DNA from: Bacteroidales bacterium
GTDB lineage: Bacteria; Bacteroidota; Bacteroidia; Bacteroidales; VadinHA17
Length of the DNA stretch: 35,491 nucleotides
Assembly (NCBI GenBank): GCA_015486475.1
Contig: WFRO01000126.1
Coordinates: 1 to 35,491 of the forward strand
Direction of reading: 5' to 3'
Shown here: positions 34,757 through 35,491 of the stretch, one piece after another
Position numbering within the stretch: the first letter of the stretch is position 1
Layout of the letters: each line of letters begins with the position of its first letter
The notes under the pieces: model-generated
The model's input: the letters and a program-made list of their open reading frames with translations, nothing else
Databases searched by the model: none
What the model was told of the DNA's origin: nothing
Program-made: the position numbers and the translations under genes

Positions 34757-35224
34757 TTACGCGTGATGATAGGGTTCTCCGTGAATGATGGTAAAAGCCC
34801 GGTACAGTTGCTCCATCAGCAAAATACGTACCACCTGGTGGGAAAAGGTCATCGCCGAGAGCTGCAGGAGCAGGTCCGCCCGTTCGAACACCTCCGGAGA
34901 AACACCATAGGCTCCTCCCACCACAAAGACCAGCGTGCGGATCCCCTCATTCATCTTCCGCTGTAACATGCCTGCAAATCTCACCGAATCCAGCGACTTC
35001 CCCCGCTCGTCCAGCAGCACCACGAAAGATCCGTCACCCACAGCCTTCAGGATCATCTCCCCCTCACGGCGTTTGAGCTGCTCCTTCTCCCTGACCCCTT
35101 TCACAGATGGCAATACCTTTATCTCAAATGGGAGATACCGCCGGATCCGTTTCTCAAAAGAAGCGATCCCCTCCTCCAGGTAACGCTCTGCCGTTTTTCC
35201 CGTAAATAGCACGGTTATCTTCAT
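34757..35224 (-). CDS. rlmH: 23S rRNA (pseudouridine1915-N3)-methyltransferase RlmH
   Basis: 155 aa from the ATG at 35224 (the track starts at GTG 35239). MKITVLFTGKT is the typical N-terminus. The SPOUT C-terminus is VFVVGGAYGVSPEVFERADLLLQLSAMTFSHQVVRILLMEQLYRAFTIIHGEPYH. Confidence 0.9.
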   Translation of the reverse strand: MKITVLFTGKTAERYLEEGIASFEKRIRRYLPFEIKVLPSVKGVREKEQLKRREGEMILKAVGDGSFVVLLDERGKSLDSVRFAGMLQRKMNEGIRTLVFVVGGAYGVSPEVFERADLLLQLSAMTFSHQVVRILLMEQLYRAFTIIHGEPYHHA

Positions 35225-35258
35225 CTTTCCTATTTTCACCCTCCTCCGGACATCTTGA

Positions 35259-35318
35259 AAATATACCTATTTAAATAGGTATTTAATTAGGTATCTTAAT
35301 AGATATTTAAATACCTAT
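35259..35318. repeat. Five tandem 12-bp A/T-rich units forming nested palindromes
   Basis: The units are AAATATACCTAT / TTAAATAGGTAT / TTAATTAGGTAT / CTTAATAGATAT / TTAAATACCTAT. Positions 35263-35282 (ATACCTATTTAAATAGGTAT) form a perfect 20-bp palindrome. AAATAGGTATTTAA (35273-35286) is the inverted repeat of TTAAATACCTATTT (35307-35320). Confidence 0.75.
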
Positions 35319-35491
35319 TTTTATGATCCCGGTACCGGGGGTTTCAAACCGTTAAAATACGCATTTTTCCCGGATATTGTCTCCTGCCTTCCGGAGAACG
35401 GGCCTTCTATTGTAAATTATTTATTAACTTGCAACCCGTGAAATGGTTCGGTTTTTGATGATCATACAGCGATCGGACGGTCCGAATAACA

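Noticed and set aside
35458-35491. A possible start of a plus-strand gene at the window edge (ATGATCATACAGCGATCGGACGGTCCGAATAAC)
   Set aside because: Only 11 codons are visible, and there is no promoter box or recognisable sequence. It cannot be supported from this window.
1-35491. Search for mobile elements, prophage, toxin-antitoxin, restriction-modification, retron/DGR or other defence systems
   Set aside because: No integrase, transposase, reverse transcriptase, nuclease/helicase defence domains, tRNA attachment sites or terminal inverted repeats were found. The only methyltransferases are RNA-modifying housekeeping enzymes (TrmN6 and RlmH). Every ORF longer than about 150 aa that is not a shadow ORF is accounted for above.

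Overview
This 35.5 kb window looks like a chromosomal segment of a Bacteroidota genome. Supporting evidence: a PorP/SprF gene, a T9SS type-B C-terminal sorting domain, a fused SecDF, a DUF4136 lipoprotein, and several TAnnTTTG -7 promoter boxes. I found no rRNA, tRNA, CRISPR array, transposase, integrase or recognisable phage-defence gene.

The left half (1-18.5 kb) is mostly housekeeping and envelope genes:
- a saccharopine-dehydrogenase-like fragment, a TrmN6-type tRNA methyltransferase and a LolD/MacB-type ABC ATPase
- a CaCA antiporter, TatA and SecDF
- a MacA-like adaptor, FtsX/MacB-like permease and TolC-like efflux operon
- GlmM
- a four-gene cluster of small envelope proteins
- then, on the + strand, an RluB-like pseudouridine synthase, Era, Der and a small lipoprotein

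The right half (18.5-35.5 kb) is the accessory and regulatory part:
- a structured 320-nt non-coding region
- a translationally coupled hemerythrin/RIC-like protein plus a LuxR regulator with a degenerate receiver
- about 15 kb of co-directional minus-strand genes: rlmH, a 1230-aa multi-sensor histidine kinase, a 1412-aa type-B-CTD adhesin, its own PorP/SprF, a PD40+PKD protein, an unknown 337-aa secreted protein and a 1041-aa propeller/Y_Y_Y sensor fused to a PP2C (SpoIIE) phosphatase

I see no clear-cut novel defence or mobile system. The best candidates for undescribed biology are:
- the hemerythrin-LuxR pseudo-receiver pair
- the unknown secreted protein paired with the Y_Y_Y-PP2C sensor
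- the sensor-flanked T9SS cargo module
- two unusual non-coding repeat/palindrome regions (18498-18816 and 35259-35339)

All family assignments come from motif recognition by eye and are not database searches.
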